A stretch of DNA of 62,965 bases, the filler included, from Neolecta irregularis DAH-3 (taxonomy: Eukaryota): NCBI GenBank assembly GCA_001929475.1. It is 11 parts of 11 records of this genome, joined end to end, with 100 filler letters (N's around TTAATTAATTAA, not from the genome) between each part and the next. Parts side by side here need not be neighbours in the genome. Positions count along the whole stretch, not along the records: positions 22,513 to 30,203 come from LXFE01000455.1; positions 30,304 to 36,421 come from LXFE01003725.1; positions 36,522 to 47,245 come from LXFE01003740.1; 8 more parts are not named here. One strand, 5' to 3'. Each line of letters opens with the position of its first letter. Within the stretch, counting starts at the first letter, position 1. This document shows positions 23,657-36,910 of this stretch, one piece after another. Position numbers and translations under genes: made by a program. A model generated the notes under the pieces. The model was not told where the DNA came from. It worked only from the letters and a program-made list of their open reading frames with translations, and ran no database searches.

Positions 23657-26075
23657 CTCCAAGTTATTGCATAGACTCGGGAAGTAGAGGTCGTGTTGTG
23701 CTGTTCCAAAATTTATGTAGCAACTACTTTAGAACTTATTCATCGGGACACCAAGTCAAAAGGAACTATCGGAGAAAATATTGGTCTCAAATCAATGTAT
23801 TCAAGTTGATATATGAAGATCTTTTCAGTTTCTCCTGAATTTATTTCTCTGGACTAATTTTGAACACGAATATTTCTATCCACGTTAAAATAGTACCAGC
23901 TCTTTTAGAACGACTATAGTTCGGTTTGGAAGATTTCAGGATGGTTTATTTAGTGAGATCCTGTTCCAAATCCTGACACATCACATAAAACCAAAGTCGA
24001 AATAGGCATCATGTTTTAATATTGTTGAGTTTAGTTCGACATTCATCAGATAAATCACATTCCAATATCGGGCTTATTTCAAGAAGAGGGCAAGTATCAC
24101 AGAAGCTCTAGGTACGACATCGTAAAGACAACAGCCTATTAGTCTAATTTTGAAGTTAAGCAATGCGAGTGTAAGGATACGTCTACTGCAGAGCCGGTGA
24201 AACTTACACTTGTCCTGAACACTTTCCTGTCCTGTGTCTCACCGTCAACCCCATAGATTTCAAAGAGAGATCTTATTATTATCGTGACTGAAGCAGTTTC
24301 AGGCTCAGAGTCATGGGATTATGGACTCAGTATCAACCCGGGATTTGGCTCCAGATACTCCCAGGGTGCCTTCCCTCTGATTATAACAATTAAGGTCTAG
24401 GCTTATAGCAGAAATCATTAAAAGGAAGAAAACTGATGCCTGCGCCCAACACAGTATATTCTAGTGAAGTGTCATTTTAGGACCAGGAATTATCTTTCAG
24501 ATGCTCGCCTCTAAGATTCATTTATTTACCTGCATTCTATACTTATCAAAATTTACTTTAAAAATCTGATTTGGGTCGAAACCTCTCTATATTCCAATAC
24601 AGCATTCAATAAGTCGAGTAGGCTGCCATTGTGTCCCATTTCGATAGCAGCGGTTTGAAACAGGCTGTTAACGTTGCAGACCTCGTGTCCGTCTTGTAAA
24701 CCTTCTCGGTCCTAATTTGATAACTATAAGTTAGATGAGCTTCGAAATACAATGAATAAAGTGCAGGAAATTGGGGCCAGAAATCTTACAGTCCTCCACA
24801 AGTTGACACAGTAGCTTGTGCGGTCTTACAATTTTCGTTGATATCCCGGCTGAAGATAGAGAGAAAATAGCCACTATTACCTCCCAAGAACAAGAGCCTT
24901 CTCATCGTAGATGGACGAAGAGACGAAAAACATGACGAATGAAAACAAAACTGATGCTGTCATGGCTCAAAAGATGTAAACATTCACGTAGGCCCAGAGC
25001 TTTGATTTTGGAACCAGTAGAAATGGACAAAGCCGGTCTGAGACCCGAGGCTCTGTTGGACGTTGCCATTGAAAGGGTGGATATGTAGCTCTCGAGAATT
25101 TCTTGTGGCATGACGCTCGCTACATTTAGTGGACAAGGTCTTGCAAAAAACCACGTGGAGGCCAGCAAAACGCTCCGACTATTTCCTGTTTGCATTCTTT
25201 TATGACGTGTTTGTCCCTGTGGATTTGCGAAGCCCGGGTCTTTTCAGCCCTCCCATTTTTTAAAAGTCTAGCAAGTTTGTAACTAGAGATTGTGAAAGAA
25301 GACGGGTATGGAAGGCGATAGATATTTGAAGCAATATACAAGTCTCTATTACGACATTGTAGCCTGTCCTCTTCCTTATATACACAGCAGGTTTAGGACG
25401 CAAGATTTTTACATGGAAATTTTCAAAAAGCGGATATCCTATGCATAGTCAAAAGTGAGTATTGGTGCTCAAATTACCTGACGCTAATGGACTCGTTCAC
25501 CACGCTTGGATCTCTAAATTTCTAATTTCTCCCCGGCCAATATCGCGAAGGCCATTTGTAAAATTATCCGGATCGTCAGTCAATTATTATTTCAATTATT
25601 ATTGTTATATGACGTTTGCGCCCTAAGTGGAAAACAAAACCCCATGTTTCTTGGCTTATTCTCTTCTACTAAGGAAAGGGTTATCGATCTTACACCACAA
25701 ACGTAGTGATCTTCTGAAAGTTGAATTCTCCGACACTTGTACGTACCCTCATGATTGGTTTTATATGCTTAGACTCAAAGAGCCTGACGGTCAGGTGAAC
25801 AACTATATGAGCCTGGAATCTCCTACGGGGAACATGCACCGTTCGATTGTTACACTAATTGACGCTCGTTTATTGAAGGCTTAACCCTGAGAGATGGGCC
25901 ATAGCATGCATGGCTTCCTCGCTGGGCTATCTAGAAGTTAGGGTGAGGAAAATCAGGCGCCAAATATATCTCGCTATTGTCGACTTAAGAAGCAACCTTC
26001 GTCTGCTAATTCATTCTACCCGTCATCCTCATCCTCATCCTTATCTTCATCCCCATCGACTCTCTATTCCCTCTC

Positions 26076-27810
26076 ATGTCCGATACAACTAAGCAACAGA
26101 AACATGTACCTTCTAATGACCATCTGCCGAATCCTTTGACTCTCCTTCGTATGCTCAACTCTCGACAATTTCTTGTCTTCTTGTCTTCATGGATAGCGTG
26201 GATAGCAGATGCTTTCGACTTCTTTTCGTAAGACTTGCATTTAAGCTTCAGTTTCTCATGGCAGAGTTTCTGTCACAGTTCCAGAAATCGCTGCCACATA
26301 TGGAAAGACAGCATCTGAAGTAACATGGGCAATTACATTAGCTCTTCTTATGCGGTCTCCAGGAGCTATAGTTTTTGGCTTGCTTGGTGATCGATTTGGG
26401 AGGTATCTTGTTCCTTTGGCTTGAATGCTCAGGTTGCAGGAAATGGCCTATGGTTGGGTGTCTGATACTAATTGCTGTATTCGACATGGGTGTAAGTTTT
26501 GCAAAGACATTCAATGAATTTCTCCTTATCCGTGCACTTTATGGTGTCGCCCTCGGTGGTATCTGGGGTTGTGCCATGGGGGTCGCTCTTGAAAATATGC
26601 CTCACGGTAGATATCAAGCCCTGGCTATTCTCTAACCCTTAGAATGCCGCGGACTTTACTCCGGAATTCTTCAGCAGGGATATGCATTGGGTTATCTCCT
26701 CGCTGCTGTCATGAACCTTGTAATCACGCCAAACCAGTCCCATGGATGGAGAGCTTTGTTTTGGTTCAGCGTTGTCTTCGGTTTTGAATAGAGAGGAATA
26801 TATGCTAATGAAAAGCCACTATAGCTGCTATTTTCAGAGCTGTACTGCCAGACGATGATGCAGTTCATAAAGATAATGCTAACAAGCTTCCCACCGCTGA
26901 AAAGACCAAACTGTTCTTGGAAGAAATCAAAGGGGTGTTCAGACATCATCCTTGGAGACTGATTCACGCAATCTTCCTGATGGCTGGCTTCAACTACATG
27001 GTAATCAATACGTCACGAATATCTTTTTATTAAATTTCTATAGTCTCATGGTTCTCAAGATTTGTATCCAACCTTTTTGGGCAAACAGCTTGGGTACAAT
27101 GTACATATTCGAACTACTGTCACCGTCATCTTTAACTGCGGTGCAATTATAGGTGGAACCCTTTGCGGTTATAGTAACCGGTCTACCGATAAATTCCACT
27201 TATATAGTAGTGTCCCAAAAGTACGGCCGCCGACTTGTTATTGTCATTGCTTGTGTTTGTGGAGGAGCTTTGATCCCTCTCTGGTTTCTTCCAAAAGACT
27301 GGCCTGTTCTAGCCGTCGGGGCTTTCTTCCTTCAGTTCTGTGTTCAAGGAGCTTGGGGTGTAACGATCCCTATTTAGAGGAGGGAAACTGATCGAGCAGG
27401 TCATTCCAGTTCATCTAAATGAAATTTCACCGTCACCGCGTCTTCGAGCAGCGTTTGCCGGTATCGCATATCAAATCGGAAACGCCTTATCCGCACCTTC
27501 TGCGCAAATTGAATCATCTCTTGGTGAACATTTCTCTACCGGAAGATTTGATTCGGATGGAAAAGCCATCCCGGATTATGGCAAGGTCCAAGCGATTCTG
27601 ATGGCCATTGTCTTTGCTTTCGTCATTGTCCTAACTGCGCTTAGTCCTGAGTTTCGAGGACGTAGGTTTGAAAGCGAAGAAGGTGAAGTCCATGTTATTA
27701 TGCAAAACGGTCGTGCTAGCATTGACATTCCTCGCAGCCATGAGGGAAAGATGAGTGTTGAAATACGGGGAAGCAAGGAAGGTGTTGAAATGTCGACGTC
27801 AAAAGAGTAA
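26076..27810 (+). CDS. MFS carboxylate transporter, Jen1 family; 7 introns
   Basis: WIADAFDFF, DRFGRKWP, GILQQGYALGYLLAA, NYMSHGSQDLYPT (Jen1 motif), QGAWGVIPVHLNE. Confidence 0.92.
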
Positions 27811-29033
27811 CAAGTGTATAACTACTATGTTTGAGAAATCAGGAAAAAACCAGGCTGATAGTTTTAACTATATACAGAGAAAAAAAAATGATAAAATCAT
27901 ATATCTGTTCATTTTGAATCGTTATTTATTAGATGTGTTCCGCGCGAATAATAAAATCCGCGAAATAACCACCGCCACCACTACCACTCCAACCCTTTGC
28001 TTATACCTACCAAGATGCCTAAAGAACCATGATCCTTTGCAGCTATACAATACATAGTCTTCTATCTAGGCCTTTCAGTACTATCTTGAGAACCAACAAG
28101 ATTGGCAAGGTATTGAGTGCATTGCTGGCAGGCCAAGTGTGAAGGAGATTTGTATATTGCTATTGAGTGGCTTTGGAATTCAAGGTCTTATGTTTTGAAG
28201 ATGGCTAGCAGCTGGTAAATTGGTTTAACGTAATCCCATTAGAACGCATTCTCCAAATACTACCCCGATAATGGCAGCTCGCTAGAATTATACGGATAAA
28301 CTAATGCTAAAATTGAATTCAAGCCTGGAAAAGTATTATTCGCTATTAATTACAAACTATTTACCAACACCTAAGATGAGCAATCTGTGACTTGGTCTTC
28401 TATATACAGGTTCAAAAGGCATCTAAAGATTTTTAAGCGCTGTGAATGCCATAGACTGGCTTGGGAATCATAGAAAAGTGTAAGAGCAATATCGTTGGTA
28501 TTCCTTACCAATGAGGCTGGTGGGCTGTAATGATATTGCCCTAATTAAGATGGAAGATGGAAGATAGCCAGCCATACCTAGCCTAAGTTCAACAAGTCCA
28601 CTTATCTTAGGTTAGACAATATAACCTACTCTTAAGATAGCGTTGATTTTGAATAGCTGGGTCAACCGTCTCATTTATTACAAACCCTTCTAGTAACATT
28701 GTTTCAGACGACCTCCCGAGAATAGAAAATAGCCGAGACCTTCATCATTTCTCCATTCTCAATGTATATCAGGGGATGAAAGGCTGCACGAGGTTATCGG
28801 TCTGGATCAGACTTGCAATTTTCTCCCGGGAATTTCTCAAGATCAGAGCCCTGTAAGCCAGTTGCTTCCGCATTCATATGTGTTGCAGATAGAATTCCCT
28901 TTCAACATTCTATTCCACGAATTTCTTGCAGTTCTATGTATTATATTTGTCCTGGCGGTCTCTGCGATATCTGTTGGTGAGTTGCGTGATGGGCCAGAAA
29001 ACCTGTCGCAACCTCGTGCCCCCTCAATCCGTC

Positions 29034-30161
29034 ATGCTTTGCCAAACGGCTATTCGTCCTTTAGCAAATGCCTCAAAATCTATTCCGTATGGGGATCCTT
29101 TTTTCGAATGCTATATTAATACCAAAATCCAGCACTCGAAACATGGCGACTTTGAGAGAAATTGAAGGACGATTAAAATCAATTCGGAATATTGCAAAGA
29201 TTACAACTACGATGAAGACAGTCGCTAGGTACGCCCATTCTTACTTCGTCAACCCCGAGTCTTCTCCATTTTATGATAATCATCACCAAGAATATTTGAT
29301 TTATCAGTCATGTGCTAACATAATTCTTCTAGTACTAAACTCGCCCGAGCTCAAAAAGCGATGTTTGAAGCCCGAGCCTACGGTCAAGCCAGCAATGCTC
29401 TGTTTGAAACTGCAGAAACTTCTGCTCCAAATGAAGCCAAAACTCTCTTTATCGCAGTATCTTCAGACAAAGGTCTTTGCGGAGGGATTCACAGTTCCGT
29501 GACTAAAGCAACCAAAAAGGTTCTCGCAAGTCGACCAGAATCAGAAATTGTTGTTTTGGGAGATAAATCGAAGACCCAACTTTCAAGACAGGTCCCTCAG
29601 AATCTGGTCATGACATTCAATCAGATTGGACGGGGTATCCCAACTTTTGCGGATGCGCAAACTATTACTGATCAGATTATCTCATCGGGAATTCATGCCG
29701 AGAAAATTGAAATAGTTTATAATGAATTCAGGAGTGCTATTTCATATGAACCTGCAACGGTCAGTGTCTATTCCGAAGAACTTTTCAAGAATTCTCGTAG
29801 GTCTTGCCTTAATATGGCTAACTTCTTTTAGCTAACTTTGGAATTTACGAAATCGAAGATGACGTCCTTACAAATCTCAAAGAATTTGCTTTGGCAAACG
29901 CTATCTTTTGGGCTCTTGTTGAAGGTCATGCTTGCGAAGTATATAGTTCTCTCTATAATCAAAACTAACCGACATAGCAATCCGCACGAAGAAACTCAAT
30001 GGACAATGCATCGAAGAACGCTGGAGAAATGATCAATAAATTTTCGTTACTTTATAACAGGTGCGTTCTTTATACGAGTTTGGGTTAACCATACTAGAAC
30101 TCGACAACAGGTAATTACCGGCGAACTTATCGATATTATTACTGGAGCGTCTGCCTTATAA
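29034..30161 (+). CDS. ATP3: Mitochondrial F1 ATP synthase gamma subunit; 5 introns
   Basis: ATLREIEGRLKSIRNIAKIT, SSDKGLCGGIHS, SARRNSMDNASKNA, TRQQVITGELIDIITGASAL*. Confidence 0.97.
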
Positions 30162-30460
30162 AATGACTTTGTAATATGATGACTACTATTGTCAAAATAA
30201 AAGNNNNNNNNNNNNNNNNNNNNNNNNNNNNNNNNNNNNNNNNNNNNTTAATTAATTAANNNNNNNNNNNNNNNNNNNNNNNNNNNNNNNNNNNNNNNNN
30301 NNNGACGTATCCTTCCTTACACTTCCCCCAGTTCTAAAACTAGTCCACTGCGCTGCTTCAAGGGCTGGGACCCATGGATGGGTGTGGCCGTTCCAATAGT
30401 CTTCAATAATATGTTATGACTATTCCTCCTCTCTCTNNNNNNNNNNGCTGATCCGCCCAG

Positions 30461-31108
30461 CTGCAGAAGGAATACAAAGACCTGCAGAACGACTCGCCGC
30501 CATACATCGCCGCCCATCCCGCAGAGGCCAGTCTTCTCGAATGGCATTATCTGATCGACGGTCCTGAAGACACCCCCTACCACGGTTCCGGCGTTTGCAA
30601 ACTGCCTCACTCCACTGACCGCCAGGCGGCCAGTACCATGGAGTCCTGATCTTTCCTCCAGACTATCCATACGGCCCTCCTACCATCAAAATGTTCACGC
30701 CTAGCGGTATCGATCGCCTCAAGAATCTCCGCTCTAATCTCAGGCCGCTTCAGCCCAAATACTCGCCTTTGTCTCACTATCTCCGATTATCATCGTGAAA
30801 CCTGGAATCCCTCTTGGAGTGTCGCCACAATCCTTATAGGATTACTGTCATATATGCTAGAAGATGACGTTGCAACAGGTGGCATCAAGACATCTGATGC
30901 GGAAAAGCAGCAACTAGCCATTGCATCGAAAGACTGGAATTCAAAACAGGATAGCTTCAGGCACAACTGGAGTGTGAAGTATTTTCTCAAACCTCCTGAG
31001 AAAACAAAGGCTGAAATACCTCCCTGCGACGAGTGGAATATCTTCAATCAATCAGATACTGACGACAACATCGTCGACGCAGACGACGAAGATGCAATCG
31101 AGGGATAG
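30461..31108 (+). CDS. Ubc6-like E2 paralog lacking the C-terminal membrane anchor (first exon lost in gap)
   Basis: [79 protein letters not shown]; acidic tail. Confidence 0.88.
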
Positions 31109-31310
31109 GACGAGGAAAAACGAACACAGGTTTCTACATTTTCAACCTGCAGCATTGGTGCCCCGACATAGTATTACTATTCCTTCCATTGTTTTACCAA
31201 TGCTCTTAGAATTTGCAAGTTTATAAAAATGAAAGAATTAAAAAACAAGTGCTAAATCCAGTTATACAATCATGAGGTGCACCAGAAGAATATTCTGCCC
31301 AAGAAAATCA

Positions 31311-32122
31311 TCAGTCCTCAAATCTTTTTGCAAGAACAATCCACATACTGACGGCAAGCCCAAAGAATGCCCACATGGCCCAACTCACCCGGCTCTGCGG
31401 AGGAGCAGCTGGAGATGATGTAGAACGAGCTGTGTTTTGAGAGCCAGTGCGCGTTTCACTGGCAGGAGCCGCTGAAATTGCTCTAGCAATATCCATCTCG
31501 TGGTTCCTCAAGTCTTCAGTTGGTTCAGGAATTATATCACGGAACTCTTCACGAAACCTCTTTTGAGCCCAATTCCATTGTCTGCTACGTCTGGCATATT
31601 CGCGTTTTTCAACGTCGCTAGAGGAGAGACTTCCTGTGGTGATATCGTTGCCGGTCATGAAGGAGAGGAGACCTGTCAAAATGGTACTGACTTGCCATGC
31701 GGGGTTCCACGATTCCCGATGATAATCAGACATAGAAAGGCAAAGGCGTGTATTTGTCAAAAAACGACCTAGACAGACTCATTTTTTGTTCAAGAATAGA
31801 TAAGGAGCATTTACCACTTGGAGTCAGCATGCGGATTGCAGGAGGCTTGTAGGGATAGTCTGGGGGAAATGTGAGGGTTCCGTGATACTGTCCCCCTAAT
31901 CAATGAGTATTTTTACCAGGAAACCATGGTTGTACCTTCATACGGGGTTCCTTTTGGACCGGTGATTAGATAGTGCCATTCGAGGATATTGCTCTCGTTT
32001 GGATGAGCAGTGATAAATTCAGGCGGGTCCTTCTGTATCGATACATATTCCTTTGTAAGCTGCAAGTCTCAGCAAACATAACAGAAAATGAATACCCGTT
32101 TGTTGGCAGCGCGAGAAGCCAT
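31311..32122 (-). CDS. UBC6: Ubiquitin-conjugating enzyme Ubc6, tail-anchored; 3 introns
   Basis: MASRAANKRLTKEY, RLCLSMSDYHRESWNPAW, C-terminal TM WAMWAFFGLAVSMWIVLA. Confidence 0.94.
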
Positions 32123-32391
32123 AGGAAAACAGTGCCAGAGAAGATGTTAGGGTTGTAGTTGGGTGTGCCAGTTGCCGCCTAACCACTGCCACGTCGTTCG
32201 GCTCGCTTTGTCACATCAAATACTTTACTGTATGTTACTGCATCCTGAATATAACCCGGTGTCCTGGACAACCCCTTCTTTATTTGCGCCTCCTGTAGAT
32301 GTGCCGGTCGGGACCTACCGGATATCTGTGCGACGTACGAGCTCATAAAGAGCCTTCCCCTGATTTTAGAAATCTGTTTATTACGGACACA

Positions 32392-33624
32392 ATGGCGCCA
32401 GATTGGCAGCCTTTATCTGTCTTTCTGAGCCCGCTGGAAGCTGGAATTGATTATTATCGAGTTGTTCGCAACAACCTAGATCTAGACATGGTTCACCTCT
32501 CACACGAACGAAAGGAGTCTGTCCTGGATTTGGACTATCAAAACATTTTGTTCAGCTCATGCTTTATGAATAAAGAGGCCAACGCTCTTTCCCATATACA
32601 CCCTTTGGAAAGACAGGAATTGATATTCTGGATGGAAGAAATTATATTTGCCACATGTTATGAGAATCAGGTCTCTGTTCACCAATGCATCGTCGAATGT
32701 CACGCATTGATGGACTTCATCTGTTCCAATCCTGGTCAAACTCCATCACAGTTCCTGGTGAAGCACGATTACATTTCAACCACCCAATCTTCGTTCCTTA
32801 CTCACGCGCATCTGGTACTCGAAATATTTTTCAAGTTCATGGACCTAAATTTAACTGAAGACATTTCTATCGCCGATACTTTTGCGAAATCATTCCAAGC
32901 ATCTGTTAAAACTCACCGACTGCAAATCAAAGACACCTTGCGTACCGAATTTCCCGACTATAAAGAGGTAGGAAGTTCGACGATATATCGAATTTACAAA
33001 ACTTTCGGACTCGAGCCCAACAAATTACAGCAAATGGGTGTGACAACTTGGGTTGATCGGGGAGGCCTTTCGGTTATTTGCAGTAAAAACTGGCTTCTAC
33101 ATCTGAGAGCCCAGCATTTCCAACACCACATCACTGTTGCTATATATAATGGAAAATGTCCGCTTTATAAATTGTTCAAGTACCATCGTCTCAAGTTAAA
33201 AACAGGATTGACTTTGAATTCTGAATTCGAATTTCTCGAATCACTAGGAAGGTTATTGTATCGTTCTACCTATGCTTTGTTCCCCGATTATGCTTCCCAG
33301 GAATGGCTCAAACGTGTTTTGGATAGATCAGCCTATATTGATGTGGTTGGAGCATCATATCACTTGGGCCCCGTGGGACCAAATGGACCTGGGATTTTGT
33401 ACTACAATCGTCTCGCGAAACTCCAGCATATGTTAACGAAGCCGACATCCCGGATTATAATGGACATTTATACACAAAGCCTTACAAGTCCATTGACGTT
33501 TTACGCTTTGATATTCTCTTTCATTATTGGGGTGTTATCGATTGTTTCATTGGTTATTTCGGGTATGCAGGTAAGCTTAGCGGACGTTGCAAATGATTTA
33601 TCGAGAGCCCAACTTCACCAGTAG
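32392..33624 (+). CDS. Intronless uncharacterised protein with C-terminal hydrophobic helix
   Basis: Open 410-codon frame from ATG 32392; GGLSVICSKNWLLHL, TYALFP, YYNRLAKL..TFYALIFSFIIGVLSIVSLVISGMQV resemble a widespread uncharacterised fungal family. Confidence 0.75.
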   Translation: MAPDWQPLSVFLSPLEAGIDYYRVVRNNLDLDMVHLSHERKESVLDLDYQNILFSSCFMNKEANALSHIHPLERQELIFWMEEIIFATCYENQVSVHQCIVECHALMDFICSNPGQTPSQFLVKHDYISTTQSSFLTHAHLVLEIFFKFMDLNLTEDISIADTFAKSFQASVKTHRLQIKDTLRTEFPDYKEVGSSTIYRIYKTFGLEPNKLQQMGVTTWVDRGGLSVICSKNWLLHLRAQHFQHHITVAIYNGKCPLYKLFKYHRLKLKTGLTLNSEFEFLESLGRLLYRSTYALFPDYASQEWLKRVLDRSAYIDVVGASYHLGPVGPNGPGILYYNRLAKLQHMLTKPTSRIIMDIYTQSLTSPLTFYALIFSFIIGVLSIVSLVISGMQVSLADVANDLSRAQLHQ

Positions 33625-34757
33625 TTTAACAAGCTGTAATTAGGTTTGAGTTTTCCTGACAACTTTTACTCAATGCTATCACCGTTAATAACTGTTGAAT
33701 GTGTCATGATCTACTAGATTGGGAACAATACGCCATGGATATTGGAAGGCCAAAAAGATGATCTGGGTTGATGAAAGTATGACACAGATACAAATGTTAA
33801 TGTATTCACCAGAGTCTGACTCTCGTACCGTATAGGAATAGCAACTCAAGGTCAAAACTGAGTGAAAATTACAGAGATTAAACGCAAAAAAGCAGAGGCA
33901 TTACAGCCGAGCTGTATTCTGGGTTTTTGTGTCAAATTGCGATGAAATTAGCACCAATTTACATTCTTATTCCCCGGCATATATTCTGACTGTCTAACCC
34001 TTCTTCATTTTGACACATTGAATATCAAGTCAATTGTAACGTCTCTACTTTGTATCAGGTTTCACCTTGAGAAAAATAAAATCTCATATCAGCTGATAAT
34101 TTAAATTGTACTAGGTAATGTAGATAGGCGTTCATTAGCTAGTCAAGTTCAGTCACTTAGACTAGTGTAAATAAAGCTGCTTATTCGAACTCGAGTTTCA
34201 ACGCTTACAAATGACTGAGTACTATTTCTCGAATTCTTGTGGATACACAACAAAGACCACGATGTAGAGATCGCCCTAGGTTGCATGATATCTAGTCAGT
34301 ACGTGGCGTTACGGTTTGACGTCAGTTATCATAGGCTTTCCGTTTGCTAGAGCGTCTGTATGGATCTATACAGACTATAAGTAAAGCAGGTTTCCTTGGC
34401 TAGAACGTGGTTGTGATCTATTCACGCAGGAAACATTGAGATAAGAACAAGTTAGTGCTGGACTGTCCATTAGCTGATTTTTCAGGAAGGGATTTAAGAT
34501 ATGACAATGTTAAAGGCAAAACACCGGCTAATCCTATGATCGAGTTCTTAACCCAACCTTCTGCGGAATCAGCGGATCTGCCTCAGTATGCATCTTTAGA
34601 GAGAATATTTCAACAGGCTATCCGCGCGGGAACATGATTTTCATGGTGGCCGAGGCAATGAAGCTTACAGCGCTAAAGGTAACCAGCACATTTGGTTTAC
34701 TGATGACTATGAATTGCTTTTATAGCCCCATCTGCTCACATTCATGACACGCAGAAT

Positions 34758-35962
34758 ATGCAATACACAACACTCGGGAATTCAGGGCTTCGAGTAAGCC
34801 GAATCATTCTTGGATGCATGTCACACGGTTCAGATAAATGGGCGGACTGGGTTTTGAATGAAGACAAATCGCTTCCATTGCTCAAAGCCGCCTACGATAA
34901 GGGAATAATTTGCTGGGATACTGCGGATGCGTATTCCAATGGAGAGAGTGAGCGAATTGTTGCAAAGACAATAGAGAGGTTCAATATTCCACGAGAAAAA
35001 CTCGTTATTATGACCAAGGTTTCATTCGTAATAGTTGATATACTTATACAATAGGTCTACTTCGGAATCGGTGATGAAATGTCCGAGTATGTTTTGGGAC
35101 AATCACCGCAGGAACTGGAGAAACATGGTTCAAGATATATTAATCAATGCGGTTTGTTTTTCAGCTTTATTATCAATCCCCAATTAACGGCTACAGGACT
35201 TTCACGAAAACATATCTTCGACGCTGTGGAAGGATCGCTCGCCAGATTGAATACATCTTACATAGATGTTCTACAGATCCATCGATATGACCCAACAGTA
35301 TCTAATGAAGAGGTCATGGGAGCTTTGCATGGTATGAATTCTCGTTTCAAGATGTCGCAACCTCTGACAGTTCTAGATGTCGTCAAATCCGGCATGGTTC
35401 GTTACATTGGAGCAAGTTCAATGTTCACATACCAATTTCAAGCCTTGCAGTGTACAGCAAAACTCAATGGCTGGACGCAATTCATTTCGATGCAAAACTT
35501 TTATAACTTGTTGTATCGAGAGGAAGAGCGCGAAATGATGAAATACTTGGAAGAAACTGGGTTTGAACTAGTTGTGTTATCCAGCTTATATTTTGCAGCA
35601 TTGCATGTATTCCTTGGGGTACTCTTGCTTTCGGATTGCTTTCTAGACCCTGGGATGATACTTCATCCAAACGCTTGAAGACAGATGGATTACTAAGCTC
35701 CTTCAAAAATCAAACCCATACCGTCGATAAGACAATTGTAGACCGAATAATGGAACTCTCCAAGAAATATGGAAAGTCGATGTCGCAAATTGCAATCGCC
35801 TGGATTCTGGCAAAACCAGTTGTTTCAGGCCCAATCATAGGATTTCGTGATTATTCCCATATGGAGGATCTCATCGCAGCTCTTGATATCAAGCTTACAG
35901 ACGAAGATATTCAATATTTGGAAGAGCCATACGCCCCAAAAGCTGTCTTTGGTCATTACTAG
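34758..35962 (+). CDS. Aldo-keto reductase (aryl-alcohol dehydrogenase-like); 4 introns
   Basis: LGNSGLRVSRIILGCMS, WDTADAYSNGESE, YIDVLQIHR, YIGASSM, SMQNFYNLLYREEERE, LEEPY. Confidence 0.93.
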
Positions 35963-35980
35963 CAGATGACCCATACATAC

Positions 35981-36421
35981 TGTAAGCCGAGGTCCTCCAT
36001 TACGAATAAGACTAGATTTGTATTTCTAGCTTAAATATACGAGGACCTGACGTTGCATAGCTTAAGTATATGAGAACCTAAGTTCCCTTGCTCTATTATC
36101 CCATTGCCCTTATTATGTAAGTCACCAACCCAATATTAAGGTTACTGAGGACGTATCCTTCCTTACACTTCCCCCAGTTCTAAAACTAGTCCACTGCGCT
36201 GCTTCAAGGGCTGGGGCCCATGGATGGGTGTGGCCGTTCCAATAGTCTTCAATAATATGTTATGACTATTCCTCCTCTCTCTACCAAGGGTATATACGAT
36301 CGCGATTCAGGAATACGGGCAACTACGTATATTATTGCTGCGGTGTGGCCTGTCCTGCTAATCAAGACAGGCCCTACTTATAAACGAATGGGTGCATGCG
36401 CTTCCTTCATCCCCTCTGTTT
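35981..36421. repeat. Possible LTR-like repeat; 36150-36282 recurs at 30304-30436
   Basis: Starts TGTAAG; AGGTCCTC/GAGGACCT inverted repeat; TATAAA near 36379; 133-bp copy with 1 substitution; no TSD visible. Confidence 0.35.
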
Positions 36422-36910
36422 NNNNNNNNNNNNNNNNNNNNNNNNNNNNNNNNNNNNNNNNNNNNTTAATTAATTAANNNNNNNNNNNNNNNNNNNNNNN
36501 NNNNNNNNNNNNNNNNNNNNNCGTGCGATAGCCGCTCTAGGCTCTACCTAAATACCCGTCCTTGTGCGCTGCCATTGGTTCGTTGCGCCCTCCAGGCCAG
36601 ATCCCACCTATACCGTCGGTGGGGCGCTGTGGGACTGGATAGTCTCCACAGTTGGATAATGTTACAACAATCAGGGTTGATTCTTTTAATCAACTATTGT
36701 TTTTTTTAATACTCGCTATCGGGTTTTGGGAAAGGATTATCTCCATTCGTTTAAATTATGTGTAGTCGCTTTGTGAAATCTGTATCTTGAGCGTAAGTCT
36801 GGGGTATGTATCTCGCTTTCGGGATTTAAATTTGTGCTGGTGATGATTTATATATACAATTGTAACAATCCGATTCCTTTCTTAGTTCTACTGGTTCTAA
36901 TACCGTTTGA

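Noticed and set aside
23700-26000. Long intergenic stretch as a possible ncRNA or hidden gene, likewise 28000-29000 and 33630-34750
   Set aside because: No recognisable tRNA, snoRNA boxes or protein motif; plausibly extended promoters
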